From assembly GCA_027482685.1 (NCBI GenBank), contig JAIXVU010000002.1, positions 19,352-83,351 of the forward strand: a stretch of DNA of 64,000 nucleotides, written 5' to 3'. The position numbers were made by a program, and so were the translations under genes. This DNA comes from a bacterium. Lineage in GTDB: Bacteria > Patescibacteriota > Minisyncoccia > Phycocordibacterales > UBA5272. Below, piece after piece: positions 19,878 through 28,680 of the stretch. Numbering within the stretch: position 1 is the stretch's first letter; every line of letters starts with the position of its first letter. Below the pieces are notes generated by a model. It saw only the letters and a program-made list of their open reading frames with translations. It ran no database searches and was not told the origin of the DNA.

Positions 19878-20624
19878 ATGTATAATTTTTTACGTTTTGT
19901 AAAGAGGTCATTATCTAAAGTTAAATTCACTCTGACATTTCCTCTGATCCTAAAGAGCTACCTATCTTTTAGGAAGATGGATAAAAAGAAGCGGTTTTCT
20001 ATTCCATTTGGTTCTGTGATGCCGGTTCTATTTGAAAATATCCCATTTACTAGATTTGATACTCATTATATCTATCACACCGCATGGGCAGCACGAAAGG
20101 TAAAGGAGATTGGAGCTACAGAGCATGTTGATATTTCATCGAGTCTGTACTTTTCTTCGATTGTGTCAGCATTTGTTCCTGTAAAATTTTATGATTTCAG
20201 GCCAGCAAAACTTAATTTATCTAACCTAGACTCTGCTTCGGCTAATTTGTCTAAGTTACACTTTGAAAATAATTCTATTACGTCTCTTTCATGTATGCAT
20301 ACCGTTGAACATGTTGGACTTGGTCGTTATGGAGATCCTATTGATCCAGAAGGGGATGTGCAAGCAGCGCATGAGTTACAAAGAGTTGTAGCGCGTGGTG
20401 GGTCGTTACTGTTTGTTGTCCCAATAGGTAAGCCTCGTATACAATTTAATGCGCATAGGATTTACTCATATCAAATGATAATGGAAATGTTCCCAGAGCT
20501 CACACTCAAGGAGTTTTCGCTTATTCCTGATAACGCTCTTCAACATGGAATGATATATAACGCAACAGAAGCGCAGTCTGACGCTCAAGTATACGGCTGT
20601 GGCTGTTTCTGGTTCGTAAAATAA
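19878..20624 (+). CDS. class I SAM-dependent methyltransferase, DUF268-like
   Basis: 248 aa; SCMHTVEHVGLGRYGDPIDPEGD resembles the DUF268 LEHxGLGRYGD signature. The real start may be the internal MDKKKRF. Confidence 0.45.
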   Translation: MYNFLRFVKRSLSKVKFTLTFPLILKSYLSFRKMDKKKRFSIPFGSVMPVLFENIPFTRFDTHYIYHTAWAARKVKEIGATEHVDISSSLYFSSIVSAFVPVKFYDFRPAKLNLSNLDSASANLSKLHFENNSITSLSCMHTVEHVGLGRYGDPIDPEGDVQAAHELQRVVARGGSLLFVVPIGKPRIQFNAHRIYSYQMIMEMFPELTLKEFSLIPDNALQHGMIYNATEAQSDAQVYGCGCFWFVK

Positions 20625-20637
20625 GTAACAAGTACAT

Positions 20638-21519
20638 ATGATAGTTATTAAAATTCAAGGAGGTTTAGGTAATCAATTATTACAATACAGTATAGGACAG
20701 GTATTGGCGACTAATTATCATAAAGAAGTTGCCTACGACCTTAGTTTTTTTGATGCAGACACTAAGTACACTAAACGACCTTATTTACTAGATCTTTTTA
20801 ACTTCACTGTCCGTAAAGCAACGCAAGAAGAAATAAAAAAAGCAAAATATCCATATGGAATAATATCAAAAGTTTTCGTTATGATAAAAAAAATACTTAA
20901 CAAGTATTTTTTTAAAAAATATTATATTGGATATGATAAAAATTTTTTACCGCGTGTAATAAAAGCTGATTATTTATATTTAGAAGGTTTTTGGCAAGGG
21001 TATAAGTACTACGAAAAAAATCTTAAACAGCTTAATGAGCTCATTAAGCTCAAAGACATGACACAGGTAGAAGCTTTTAAGCATCAGATAATTTTCAATG
21101 AAGAGTCTTCGGTCTCAGTTCATATTAGACGTGGAGATTTTCTTAAGAAAAACGCAGGGACAAAAGCTGTGCCCAAAGAATATTATATGCGTGCGGTTCC
21201 ATTGTTAGAAAAGAAAATTCTAAACCCTACATATTATGTTTTCTCTGATGATATTGAGTGGGTTAAGCAAGAGATGAAGACTCTTTTTAGAGAAGGGGTT
21301 AATGCCGTTTTTGTATCTTCGTACAATCTCCCAGACTATCAAGAGTTCATGCTTATAAATAACTGCAGGCATGCTATTTTATCAAACTCTACGTTTTGCT
21401 GGTACTCAACGCTTTTGACAGACTCAGAAGAAAAGGTTGTTATATTCCCAAATAATTGGGAAAACGAATATCTAAATAAAGATCCCAATATTTGCCCACC
21501 ACATTGGATCGGCGCATAG
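20638..21519 (+). CDS. glycosyltransferase family 11 (alpha-1,2-fucosyltransferase-like)
   Basis: 293 aa; IKIQGGLGNQLLQYS and HIRRGDF are the GT11 motifs I and II. Confidence 0.7.
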   Translation: MIVIKIQGGLGNQLLQYSIGQVLATNYHKEVAYDLSFFDADTKYTKRPYLLDLFNFTVRKATQEEIKKAKYPYGIISKVFVMIKKILNKYFFKKYYIGYDKNFLPRVIKADYLYLEGFWQGYKYYEKNLKQLNELIKLKDMTQVEAFKHQIIFNEESSVSVHIRRGDFLKKNAGTKAVPKEYYMRAVPLLEKKILNPTYYVFSDDIEWVKQEMKTLFREGVNAVFVSSYNLPDYQEFMLINNCRHAILSNSTFCWYSTLLTDSEEKVVIFPNNWENEYLNKDPNICPPHWIGA

Positions 21520-21585
21520 CTATCAGATTAGGAAAACTATGCTACACTAGCGATATTATTATAAAAACAGTTTTAGCTAAAACGT

Positions 21586-23826
21586 ATGCAAAGCATTATT
21601 AAAAAAATTGTGTGGGTATGTCTTGGTATCATTCCTTTTACCGCTCTCTATGTTGCGAGTGGACAAGGGTTAGACATCTTTAGTCTTGGTCAATCAGGAA
21701 TGTATTTCCCTTTTATCTCAGGTAAGAACTTCATGTTCCGCATCTTAGTTGAGATTGCACTTGCGGGATGGATTCTTCTTGCGCTTCGTGACGCGTCATA
21801 CAGAATCAATATCAAGAAATCTCCGCTTATCATTGCATACGGATTATTTATTACTGTACTCTTCTTTGCAAATATTTTCGGTGTAGATGTACAAAAGAGT
21901 ATGTGGAGTAACTTTGAACGCATGGAAGGATTCGTGGGGCACGCTCATCTCTTTATATACTTTATTGTTCTTTCTGGAATGCTTGCAAGTGTTCGTGATT
22001 GGACAAGAATGTTTAAGATATTCGTTGCTTCTAATATTCTCATCACTCTCTATGCTGCTGGGCAACTATTTGGATCGCCTGCGTACGCTTTTTCTAAATT
22101 CTTTCCGACGGCAGGGGCGTGGTTTGCAGCTAATTTCCCTATTAGTGTTGGTGCGACTCGACTTGATGCGACACTTGGTAACTCAGCATACTATGCTATT
22201 TATGCGATGATGTTTGTGTTTATCTGTGCATTGCTTTGGGTCCAGTCTGGAAATCTTAAGAGATCTTGGGGCTACCCACTTCTAGCTCTTGTTAACATTA
22301 TAGGACTTTTCTACAGTGGTACACGCGGGACAATGATTGGTGTTTTGGTTGGAGGTTTTGTAACGCTAGGAATTATTGCAATTAAAGAGAAAGGAAAAGT
22401 TCGTACGTATGTTGCAGGCACCCTTATTGCACTTGTAATTGCTGTTGCCTCTATTTTCGCTTTCAAAAATACTGCTTTCATTCAGAACTCACCAACGCTT
22501 TCTCGTCTAGCAAGTATTTCTCCAAACGATATAACAGGTGCAAGTCGTATCTCAATGTGGCAGATAAGCTACGATGCATGGCTAGAACGTCCAGTACTTG
22601 GTTATGGACAAGAAAACTTTAGTTATATTTTTGCTCGTAAATTCATTCCAGAAAAAATGTCTAATCTTGAGCCATGGTATGACAGATCACACAACGTGTT
22701 CTTCGACTGGCTAACAGCTGCAGGGGCACTTGGTCTTCTTACATATCTCTCGCTCTACGTTTTAGCTTTCTGGATGATGTGGAGGAAGAAGAACGATCTA
22801 ACTCTTCGTGAGAAAGCTATCCTCTCTGGACTTATAGTTGGATATTTCATCCATAACATATTTGTGTTCGATAATCTTATTAGTTATGTACTATTTGCTC
22901 TTATCCTTGCATATATCGGTATTCGTACAAGCATCACCCACTCACACTCAGTTACACGAGGGACGCTTGTTTCAGATGAGAATCTCAAGCTTCTCTATGC
23001 GCCAGTTGTTGTCATACTTCTAGTTGTTACGCAGTACTATGTTAACTATCAACCACTTCTAGTAAACAAACTTATCCTTCAAGCAATGGATGCTAATCGC
23101 CTCGCCGAGAAGATGCCTATTCCAGAAGTTATTAAAACCCAAAATTCACTCTTTAACCAAGCTCTAGAGCTTAACACTCTGGGTAGTTTAGAAGCTAGAG
23201 AGCAGTATCTTCAGACAGTGCTTCGAATGTCTCAGTTATCGATCCCGCCAACAGTTAGCGCAGAAGAAAAGAAAGCATTAACAGATGCATTAAACGCTAT
23301 GATTGAGTCTGCTCGTACTAATATTACGGCTACCTACGATACCTACAAAGACGATGTTCGCATGCTCTCAATTTACGGGCTCTTCTATAGCGGTATAGGA
23401 GACCCAGTATCTGCAGAAAAGGTTCTGCTTGATGCAAACAAGCTTGCACCTAAGAAGCAGTTGATCACCTTTGATCTAATCCGTTCTTACTTACTTCAAC
23501 AAAAGTTAGCAGAGGCATATGCTCTAGGTAAAGAAACATTTGAGATTGCTCCTAACTATGCACCAGCTACAAAATGGTATCTTTTAACCGCTTTGTATGT
23601 TGGTGAGTACAAGGCCGCAAGTGAAAATGTGGCAGCAAAGACAGGGTCTATTCCTTTTGATGAGGACGTGTTAAACGCAGCAGTCGGACTTGGACAAACT
23701 CAAGTTGCGGTTGCGATGTTAAATGATCTTAAGAAATCACGCCCAGAGCTTGCTGCTCAAGTTGATGCATTCATCAAACAAATAGTTGCCAACCCTCGTC
23801 CAGTAGTTGCAGTACCTAAGAAATAG
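21586..23826 (+). CDS. O-antigen ligase/polymerase-like (Wzy_C) polytopic membrane protein with C-terminal TPR-like soluble domain
   Basis: 746 aa; about 12 TM helices; YSGTRGTMIGVLVG and SRISMWQISYDAWLERPVLGYGQENF match the O-antigen ligase family; alpha-helical repeat tail. Confidence 0.6.
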   Translation: MQSIIKKIVWVCLGIIPFTALYVASGQGLDIFSLGQSGMYFPFISGKNFMFRILVEIALAGWILLALRDASYRINIKKSPLIIAYGLFITVLFFANIFGVDVQKSMWSNFERMEGFVGHAHLFIYFIVLSGMLASVRDWTRMFKIFVASNILITLYAAGQLFGSPAYAFSKFFPTAGAWFAANFPISVGATRLDATLGNSAYYAIYAMMFVFICALLWVQSGNLKRSWGYPLLALVNIIGLFYSGTRGTMIGVLVGGFVTLGIIAIKEKGKVRTYVAGTLIALVIAVASIFAFKNTAFIQNSPTLSRLASISPNDITGASRISMWQISYDAWLERPVLGYGQENFSYIFARKFIPEKMSNLEPWYDRSHNVFFDWLTAAGALGLLTYLSLYVLAFWMMWRKKNDLTLREKAILSGLIVGYFIHNIFVFDNLISYVLFALILAYIGIRTSITHSHSVTRGTLVSDENLKLLYAPVVVILLVVTQYYVNYQPLLVNKLILQAMDANRLAEKMPIPEVIKTQNSLFNQALELNTLGSLEAREQYLQTVLRMSQLSIPPTVSAEEKKALTDALNAMIESARTNITATYDTYKDDVRMLSIYGLFYSGIGDPVSAEKVLLDANKLAPKKQLITFDLIRSYLLQQKLAEAYALGKETFEIAPNYAPATKWYLLTALYVGEYKAASENVAAKTGSIPFDEDVLNAAVGLGQTQVAVAMLNDLKKSRPELAAQVDAFIKQIVANPRPVVAVPKK

Positions 23827-24090
23827 CTTTATACTAGTCTAGTGAGTGCCTATTGGCATGTTCACAAGATAGATGAATGCCTGCGCAAAGAGTCACCTCA
23901 CGGTGGCTCTTTACGTTTTTGGATATTTTGCATTTGATAAGCAAAAGTTGTACACTTATAAACGTCGGTAGAACACTTGCAAGTAATTGCGGTGAGCGAC
24001 CGCGCTCACATAAGGCATTTATCTTGGAGCATGCCACGCTCACCACAATTGTGTGTGAAGTGGTGCGTATCGCGATACATGGTGAGAACT

Positions 24091-24117
24091 AAAAGCGACG
24101 CCGTAGGCGTCGCTTTT
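24091..24117. terminator. bidirectional GC hairpin terminator (aaaagcgacgcc-gtag-ggcgtcgctttt)
   Basis: Perfect stem lying between convergent genes (ligase-like + / tsaD -). Confidence 0.55.
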
Positions 24118-24154
24118 AGTATTCTACATCGACACTAGTCTTATTTATACACCT

Positions 24155-25336
24155 CTAACTCTCCTCAATTGACCATGATCCACGAGCTGCTAACTTAGCT
24201 CTCGGTTCTTCTCCTACATCTAAATGCATAAGCCCAGTGGAAGCAATCATAAGAGCATTATCTGTCGAAAGTTTCCTGTCAGGAATGTACAGTGTGAAGC
24301 CTTCAGCGGTAGCTAGCTCTTGTAAAGCAAATCTAATATGTGTATTAGCGCTTACTCCACCACCTACAATGAGACTTTTTGCACGTGTCTCGTACATTGC
24401 CTGCTTTACTTTTGCCACAATCACATCAGTGATAGCATTCTCAAATTCAAGTGCGAGCATTCTTCTGGTTATGTCATCAAGCGGTTTGTTCTTCTGTATG
24501 CGTGTAAGTACTGCAGTTTTGAGTCCACTGCATGAGAAGTTAAGGTCACCACTGTGTAGCATCGGGCGAGGGAGTCGCAAGTCATCACGAACAACCAGCC
24601 CTTCTTTACGTGCATATTCAGCAAGTCTAGATATCTCAGGTCCTCCAGGGTAAGGGAGATCCATCATGCGCGCAGCTTTATCAAATGCTTCACCAACTGC
24701 ATCATCTCTAGTTTTACCTATAACAGTGTATGAACGTAATTTAGCTATTCGAACTATCTCAGTATGTCCGCCAGAGATAAGTAACGCACAAGCTGGAAAC
24801 TCTATATCTTGTAGTTCATAGAGACCATCTTTTTCCTGTAAGATACTTGCCATCACATGGCCTTCCATATGATTGATTGGGTAGATAGGAATATCCCACG
24901 CGGTACGTAGTGCTTGTGCAGCTGTAATACCTATCCACAACGCTGGTTCGAGTCCTGGGCCTTCTGTTACAGCTATTGCATCAACAAGAGGCTTTTGTAT
25001 GCCCTCAAAGAGCGTATTCATTGCTTGTAGCATCTCTGGCTCACGCTCAAGTAAGGTCTCTAATTTTTTACGTTTTGCATGAGGAAGATGAAATGTATTA
25101 GTTCGTTCAACAAGAAGTTCAGCTTCGCCAAGAGCTTCTGCTATGAGTTGAGTAATGGCCTTTGCATGTTCGCGCTTAGCTAGCATTGGGAATACTCCAC
25201 CATACTGTGCATGGAGATCAATCTGTGAGAGCACTTTGTGAGAAAGCACCTCAAAGCGTACTTGCTTACCTCGAGCTCTTTTGATTATAGATATAGCTGT
25301 TTCATCACAGCTGGTTTCAATTGCAAGTAGTATCAT
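24155..25336 (-). CDS. tsaD: tRNA N6-adenosine threonylcarbamoyltransferase
   Basis: 393 aa; MILLAIETSCDETAISI, LISGGHTE, GGGVSAN motifs of the Kae1/TsaD family; contains an insertion relative to E. coli. Confidence 0.8.
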   Translation of the reverse strand: MILLAIETSCDETAISIIKRARGKQVRFEVLSHKVLSQIDLHAQYGGVFPMLAKREHAKAITQLIAEALGEAELLVERTNTFHLPHAKRKKLETLLEREPEMLQAMNTLFEGIQKPLVDAIAVTEGPGLEPALWIGITAAQALRTAWDIPIYPINHMEGHVMASILQEKDGLYELQDIEFPACALLISGGHTEIVRIAKLRSYTVIGKTRDDAVGEAFDKAARMMDLPYPGGPEISRLAEYARKEGLVVRDDLRLPRPMLHSGDLNFSCSGLKTAVLTRIQKNKPLDDITRRMLALEFENAITDVIVAKVKQAMYETRAKSLIVGGGVSANTHIRFALQELATAEGFTLYIPDRKLSTDNALMIASTGLMHLDVGEEPRAKLAARGSWSIEES

Positions 25337-25382
25337 GAAATAAAGTATACCAAAAAAAGCTTATAATGTAAGGCTAAATTAC

Positions 25383-26423
25383 TTAGCGTTTCGGTAAAAT
25401 ATTATTAATATTTTGCACGAGTCCTTGTGTCTCATAATTTCCAACCGAAAGCCATGTAGGTAGTCCAAGTACACAAAGTCCAGATGTATCCTTTGCGAGA
25501 GCTATACCTCCTGAGTTACCGTTGTCTATTTTTGCAGAGACGAAGTAGTTACCATCACCAGCTTGAGATGTATCATATCCTGAGATGATACCATTTGTTA
25601 CTGTTCTATAGACAACATTAAATGTACCAAGTCCTTCTATGGTTATTTTACTATCACGTTTAGCATATGCTGGGAATCCTATAATAACAATTGGCGTACC
25701 AACAGGCATGAGAGATATACATTTTTTAATTTTCGGTATGCTGTAGTTATAGTTTGCAACGGGTAATGTATCAGATGTAAGTGATGAACCGATACTAAGC
25801 ACAGCAGAATCTGTTAATTGATTGTAACTATATACTGACCCCCGAATAGAGAATAATCCTATCGTTTTATTAGAATCATTAGTGATAGATGTTATACAGG
25901 TAGCACCGTCTTTTACAACATGGCGATTAGTTAAGATAGCATATGGGACATCAGGAAAATTATACAGCGCACCACTTCCGCTTGATATACTACCATCAGT
26001 ATTTTTACAAATAACCTGAACAATACCCGTTGTATATGGAGTAAGATCAGTTGATGAAATAACTATCTCTTTAGGTTTATTGGTTTCTTCTGTTATTTTT
26101 TGGCTTAAGACTTGAACATCTTTACTTGTTTTTGCAGCGAGGTCCGCTTGTAGAGCAGCATTACTTTTTGCTTGAGCTAGTTCGGTTTGTGCACGCATAA
26201 GAGCATCTTGTTGTTCGCGAAGTAGTTCTGCGGTTTTCTTTTCTTGAAGTTCTTTTTCACGAGCTTGGGCTTCTACTAATTGCTTCTGCAGTTCTTCAGT
26301 ATTAGATATTTTTGTATATAAGGTAAAAGAAACTGCTCCAAGTAATACGAGCAAGATAAGAATAACCCCAAACGCAACAAGGATGAATCTCCATGTAAAT
26401 GAAAGGGTGATACGTGTACGCAT
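25383..26423 (-). CDS. membrane-anchored trypsin-like serine protease (S1 family)
   Basis: Catalytic triad context TNRHVV (His), DSAVL (Asp), DNGNSGG (Ser); N-terminal TM helix. Start taken at the internal Met (MRTRITL) because the longer ORF overlaps the upstream rlmH. Confidence 0.55.
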   Translation of the reverse strand: MRTRITLSFTWRFILVAFGVILILLVLLGAVSFTLYTKISNTEELQKQLVEAQAREKELQEKKTAELLREQQDALMRAQTELAQAKSNAALQADLAAKTSKDVQVLSQKITEETNKPKEIVISSTDLTPYTTGIVQVICKNTDGSISSGSGALYNFPDVPYAILTNRHVVKDGATCITSITNDSNKTIGLFSIRGSVYSYNQLTDSAVLSIGSSLTSDTLPVANYNYSIPKIKKCISLMPVGTPIVIIGFPAYAKRDSKITIEGLGTFNVVYRTVTNGIISGYDTSQAGDGNYFVSAKIDNGNSGGIALAKDTSGLCVLGLPTWLSVGNYETQGLVQNINNILPKR

Positions 26424-26462
26424 AGTTGCTAAATACGGCTTTATATCGTACAGTGTATCATA

Positions 26463-26909
26463 ATGAAAATCATTATTATGACTGTTGGAAAAGACCGAGA
26501 TGATGTAACTGAGGATGCTGTGAAGCATTTTGCTATTCGTCTGATGAGATATCTTCCGCTTGAATGGGTCTACATTGAGCATAGTCAAACAAAAGAGAAA
26601 GAAGGGGAGAAAATACTCTCGTCAATAAAAAAAGAAGACTATGTTGTATTACTTGATGAAAGGGGCCAAGATATGAAAAGTGAGCAACTCGCTGAGCTTG
26701 TAGAAAATCGTATGGTGGACTCTGTGAAGCGTATGGTGTTTGTAGTCGGAGGCGCCTACGGCGCCTCCGACTCCGTCCACCTCCGTGCTAACTACACATG
26801 GAAGCTCTCATCACTAGTATTCCCACATATGCTTGTACGAGTTATCCTGGTTGAACAGCTCTATCGTGCCATGACGATATTGAAAGGCGAGAAGTATCAC
26901 CACGAGTAA
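26463..26909 (+). CDS. rlmH: 23S rRNA (pseudouridine1915-N3)-methyltransferase
   Basis: 148 aa; SPOUT RlmH pattern ...VVLLDERG...FVVGGAYG...FPHMLVRVILVEQLYRA. Confidence 0.8.
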   Translation: MKIIIMTVGKDRDDVTEDAVKHFAIRLMRYLPLEWVYIEHSQTKEKEGEKILSSIKKEDYVVLLDERGQDMKSEQLAELVENRMVDSVKRMVFVVGGAYGASDSVHLRANYTWKLSSLVFPHMLVRVILVEQLYRAMTILKGEKYHHE

Positions 26910-26944
26910 CTTTAGCGCCTATCTGCTTAGAAGGTAGCATGTTC

Positions 26945-27457
26945 TTAATTATTCATCATGATATAGAAGCCAAGAACACTTGCGATACAGAGCCAAATGA
27001 TGAGAGTGCTGAATGTGAGCGTGATAGATCTGCTAGATGTAAGTGTCTTTATGAATGGTTGCTCTTTTGTGTCTAGTTTGTATGCATAGTACATACTCGC
27101 AATTGTAAGAAGTAACATCGAAAATGTTGGCCAGAAGAACATAGCAGGAATGCCAGTACCAAATGAGAGCCATTGGAATACTGCGTAGTTGATCCATGAA
27201 ATAATCTGGAGACGTATGAGCATGGTACGAGCATGTGATACAGGCGAGTTGAGTGTCCAGATATTCCCGATGAGTACAAGAATATTGTTGATGGTCCACG
27301 CAACACCGAATACCCATGTAGCAGGTGCCCATGATGGGAGGTTGAGTATGCTATACACCGCCTTGATATCTACAAAGAGGGTAATACCATATCCTGCGAT
27401 GAGGTTGATGAGTATATAGAAGATAATCGCTTGCCAGTAATGATAGTGTTTGTGCAT
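26945..27457 (-). CDS. tspO: TspO/MBR family tryptophan-rich membrane protein
   Basis: 170 aa, 5 TM; LNLPSWAPATWVFGVAWTINN matches the TspO signature kPsWxPPxWvFgpvWt. Confidence 0.6.
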   Translation of the reverse strand: MHKHYHYWQAIIFYILINLIAGYGITLFVDIKAVYSILNLPSWAPATWVFGVAWTINNILVLIGNIWTLNSPVSHARTMLIRLQIISWINYAVFQWLSFGTGIPAMFFWPTFSMLLLTIASMYYAYKLDTKEQPFIKTLTSSRSITLTFSTLIIWLCIASVLGFYIMMNN

Positions 27458-27494
27458 AGGTACAGTGTAGCACTGTAACTGAGAGTATCCTCAT

Positions 27495-27644
27495 TTATTT
27501 TCGCTTCTTTGGTGTGGCCAGTTTTCTACATTTACTACTACAGAATTTTATAGTTTCCCAGTCCTCACGTTCTTGGAAACTTTTTATCGTGTTTAGATTG
27601 ATTCTGCAGATGGTGCATTTCTTATCGGCTTTTTGGGTGGACAT
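27495..27644 (-). CDS. small zinc-ribbon protein, DUF2256-like (missed by ORF track, 49 aa)
   Basis: MSTQKADKKCTICRINLNTIKSFQEREDWETIKFCSSKCRKLATPKKRK; CxxC...CxxxC arrangement and KKC..C......W..W....CS..CR pattern as in DUF2256. Confidence 0.4.
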   Translation of the reverse strand: MSTQKADKKCTICRINLNTIKSFQEREDWETIKFCSSKCRKLATPKKRK

Positions 27645-27812
27645 AGGGGAATAATTAATTAAGGTTAGTATAACATTTTATGTAAGAGAGTATGACCCCT
27701 ACGGGTCGCTACGTTTTACTACGCTCCTTGAGAACCCACGGTTCTCAACGTTCGTTGGTACACTCACTGCTCTCCTCTACGGAAAACTCTCGTTTTCCGA
27801 CCCTTTCCAATT

Positions 27813-27877
27813 CCGTGGGGTCATGAAATTAAAAGCACCATCATAATGATGGTGCTTTTAATTTCATGACCCCACGG
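27813..27877. repeat. perfect about 32-bp palindrome overlapping the tRNA-Glu 3' acceptor end (trailer hairpin / terminator)
   Basis: ccgtggggtcatgaaattaaaagcaccatcat / atgatggtgcttttaatttcatgaccccacgg; the right arm is the tRNA 3' strand. Confidence 0.7.
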
Positions 27878-27938
27878 AGAGTCGAACTCCGCTTACCGGC
27901 ATGAAAAGCCGGTGTCCTAACCGATAGACGATGGGGCC
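27867..27938 (-). tRNA. tRNA-Glu (anticodon TTC)
   Basis: Reverse complement GGCCCCATCGTCTATCGGTTAGGACACCGGCTTTTCATGCCGGTAAGCGGAGTTCGACTCTCCGTGGGGTCA folds as a cloverleaf (7-bp acceptor, anticodon loop TTTTCAT, T-loop TTCGACT); no encoded CCA. Confidence 0.8.
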
Positions 27939-28207
27939 CTATAATTCGCTTTGCGAATTCGGGCGACTATTTGCAATTAGCCCAAGCAAATAGTTTAGCA
28001 GTCCGTTGCTACTTTATAGACTAAAGTGCAGATACAATACTACCACATATTTTGTTATTTTGGAAGAGGTTTAGCGTTGCCTTTGTCTCTACTCTCATGT
28101 ATTATGTGTCAGGTGGTTCTTTTGTTTCTTAATACAATAACTAGATACGGTATAAGGTAATTCTTATCTATCTAGTAACATGGTCGCCTGTAAAATGTCG
28201 ACCAGAA

Positions 28208-28283
28208 GGGCGGTTAGCTCAGTTGGTAGAGCGCCACATTGACGTTGTGGATGTCAGAGGTTCGACTCCTCTATCGCCCACCA
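28208..28283 (+). tRNA. tRNA-Val (anticodon GAC), CCA encoded
   Basis: GGGCGGTTAGCTCAGTTGGTAGAGCGCCACATTGACGTTGTGGATGTCAGAGGTTCGACTCCTCTATCGCCCACCA; canonical cloverleaf, anticodon loop TTGACGT. Confidence 0.85.
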
Positions 28284-28339
28284 AAATTAAAATCTCACAT
28301 ATCGTACGGTATGTGAGATTTTAATTTTGGTGGGCGATA
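28272..28339. repeat. about 30-bp near-perfect palindrome that includes the tRNA-Val 3' end (tatcgcccacca...tggtgggcgata)
   Basis: tatcgcccaccaaaattaaaatctcacata / tatgtgagattttaattttggtgggcgata. Confidence 0.7.
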
Positions 28340-28376
28340 AGAAAGACGCTTGGGCGTCTTTCGTGAGGAGTCGAAC
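28327..28376 (+). repeat. direct repeat copy 1 (about 50 nt) flanking a GC-rich insert downstream of tRNA-Val
   Basis: TTGGtGGGCGATAAgAAAGACGCTTgGGCGTCTTTcgTGAGgAGTcGAA versus copy 2 at 29258-29307 (TTGGcGGGCGATAAaAAAGACGCTTaGGCGTCTTTttTGAGtAGTtGAA), about 85 % identity. Confidence 0.6.
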
Positions 28377-28596
28377 GAAAAAGCGGTCTACGAAAGTGAA
28401 CTGCAAAAATTGGATACAGTATTTTTGCGGTTCATTTTTGTCGCTTTTTATCGGGGTCGCGACTAGGAGATTTTGTTTGAGTCCAATGGAAGAAAAAGAA
28501 AATCCCTAGTGGTGACCGACTCCGCCTCAATTGCCTCGTTTCCGTGAAGGAGTCAGCTTTACTTTATACAAGATGATTGATATATAAGGTTTTAAA

Positions 28597-28640
28597 TTGA
28601 CATTGACAAAATATGAATTTAGTGTACACTATATATGTTA
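28597..28640 (+). promoter_or_regulatory. sigma70-like promoter candidate (tandem TTGACA ... TATATAT)
   Basis: ttgacattgacaaaatatgaatttagtgtacactatatat upstream of the GC-rich ORF at 28681. Confidence 0.3.
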
Positions 28641-28680
28641 GCTCATGATGAACCAGTTGCAGTTCTTTTGAAAGGTCTTT

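Noticed and set aside
28327-28509. 60-aa ORF overlapping the tRNA-Val trailer repeats
   Set aside because: Spans hairpins and direct-repeat sequence with no start context; spurious.
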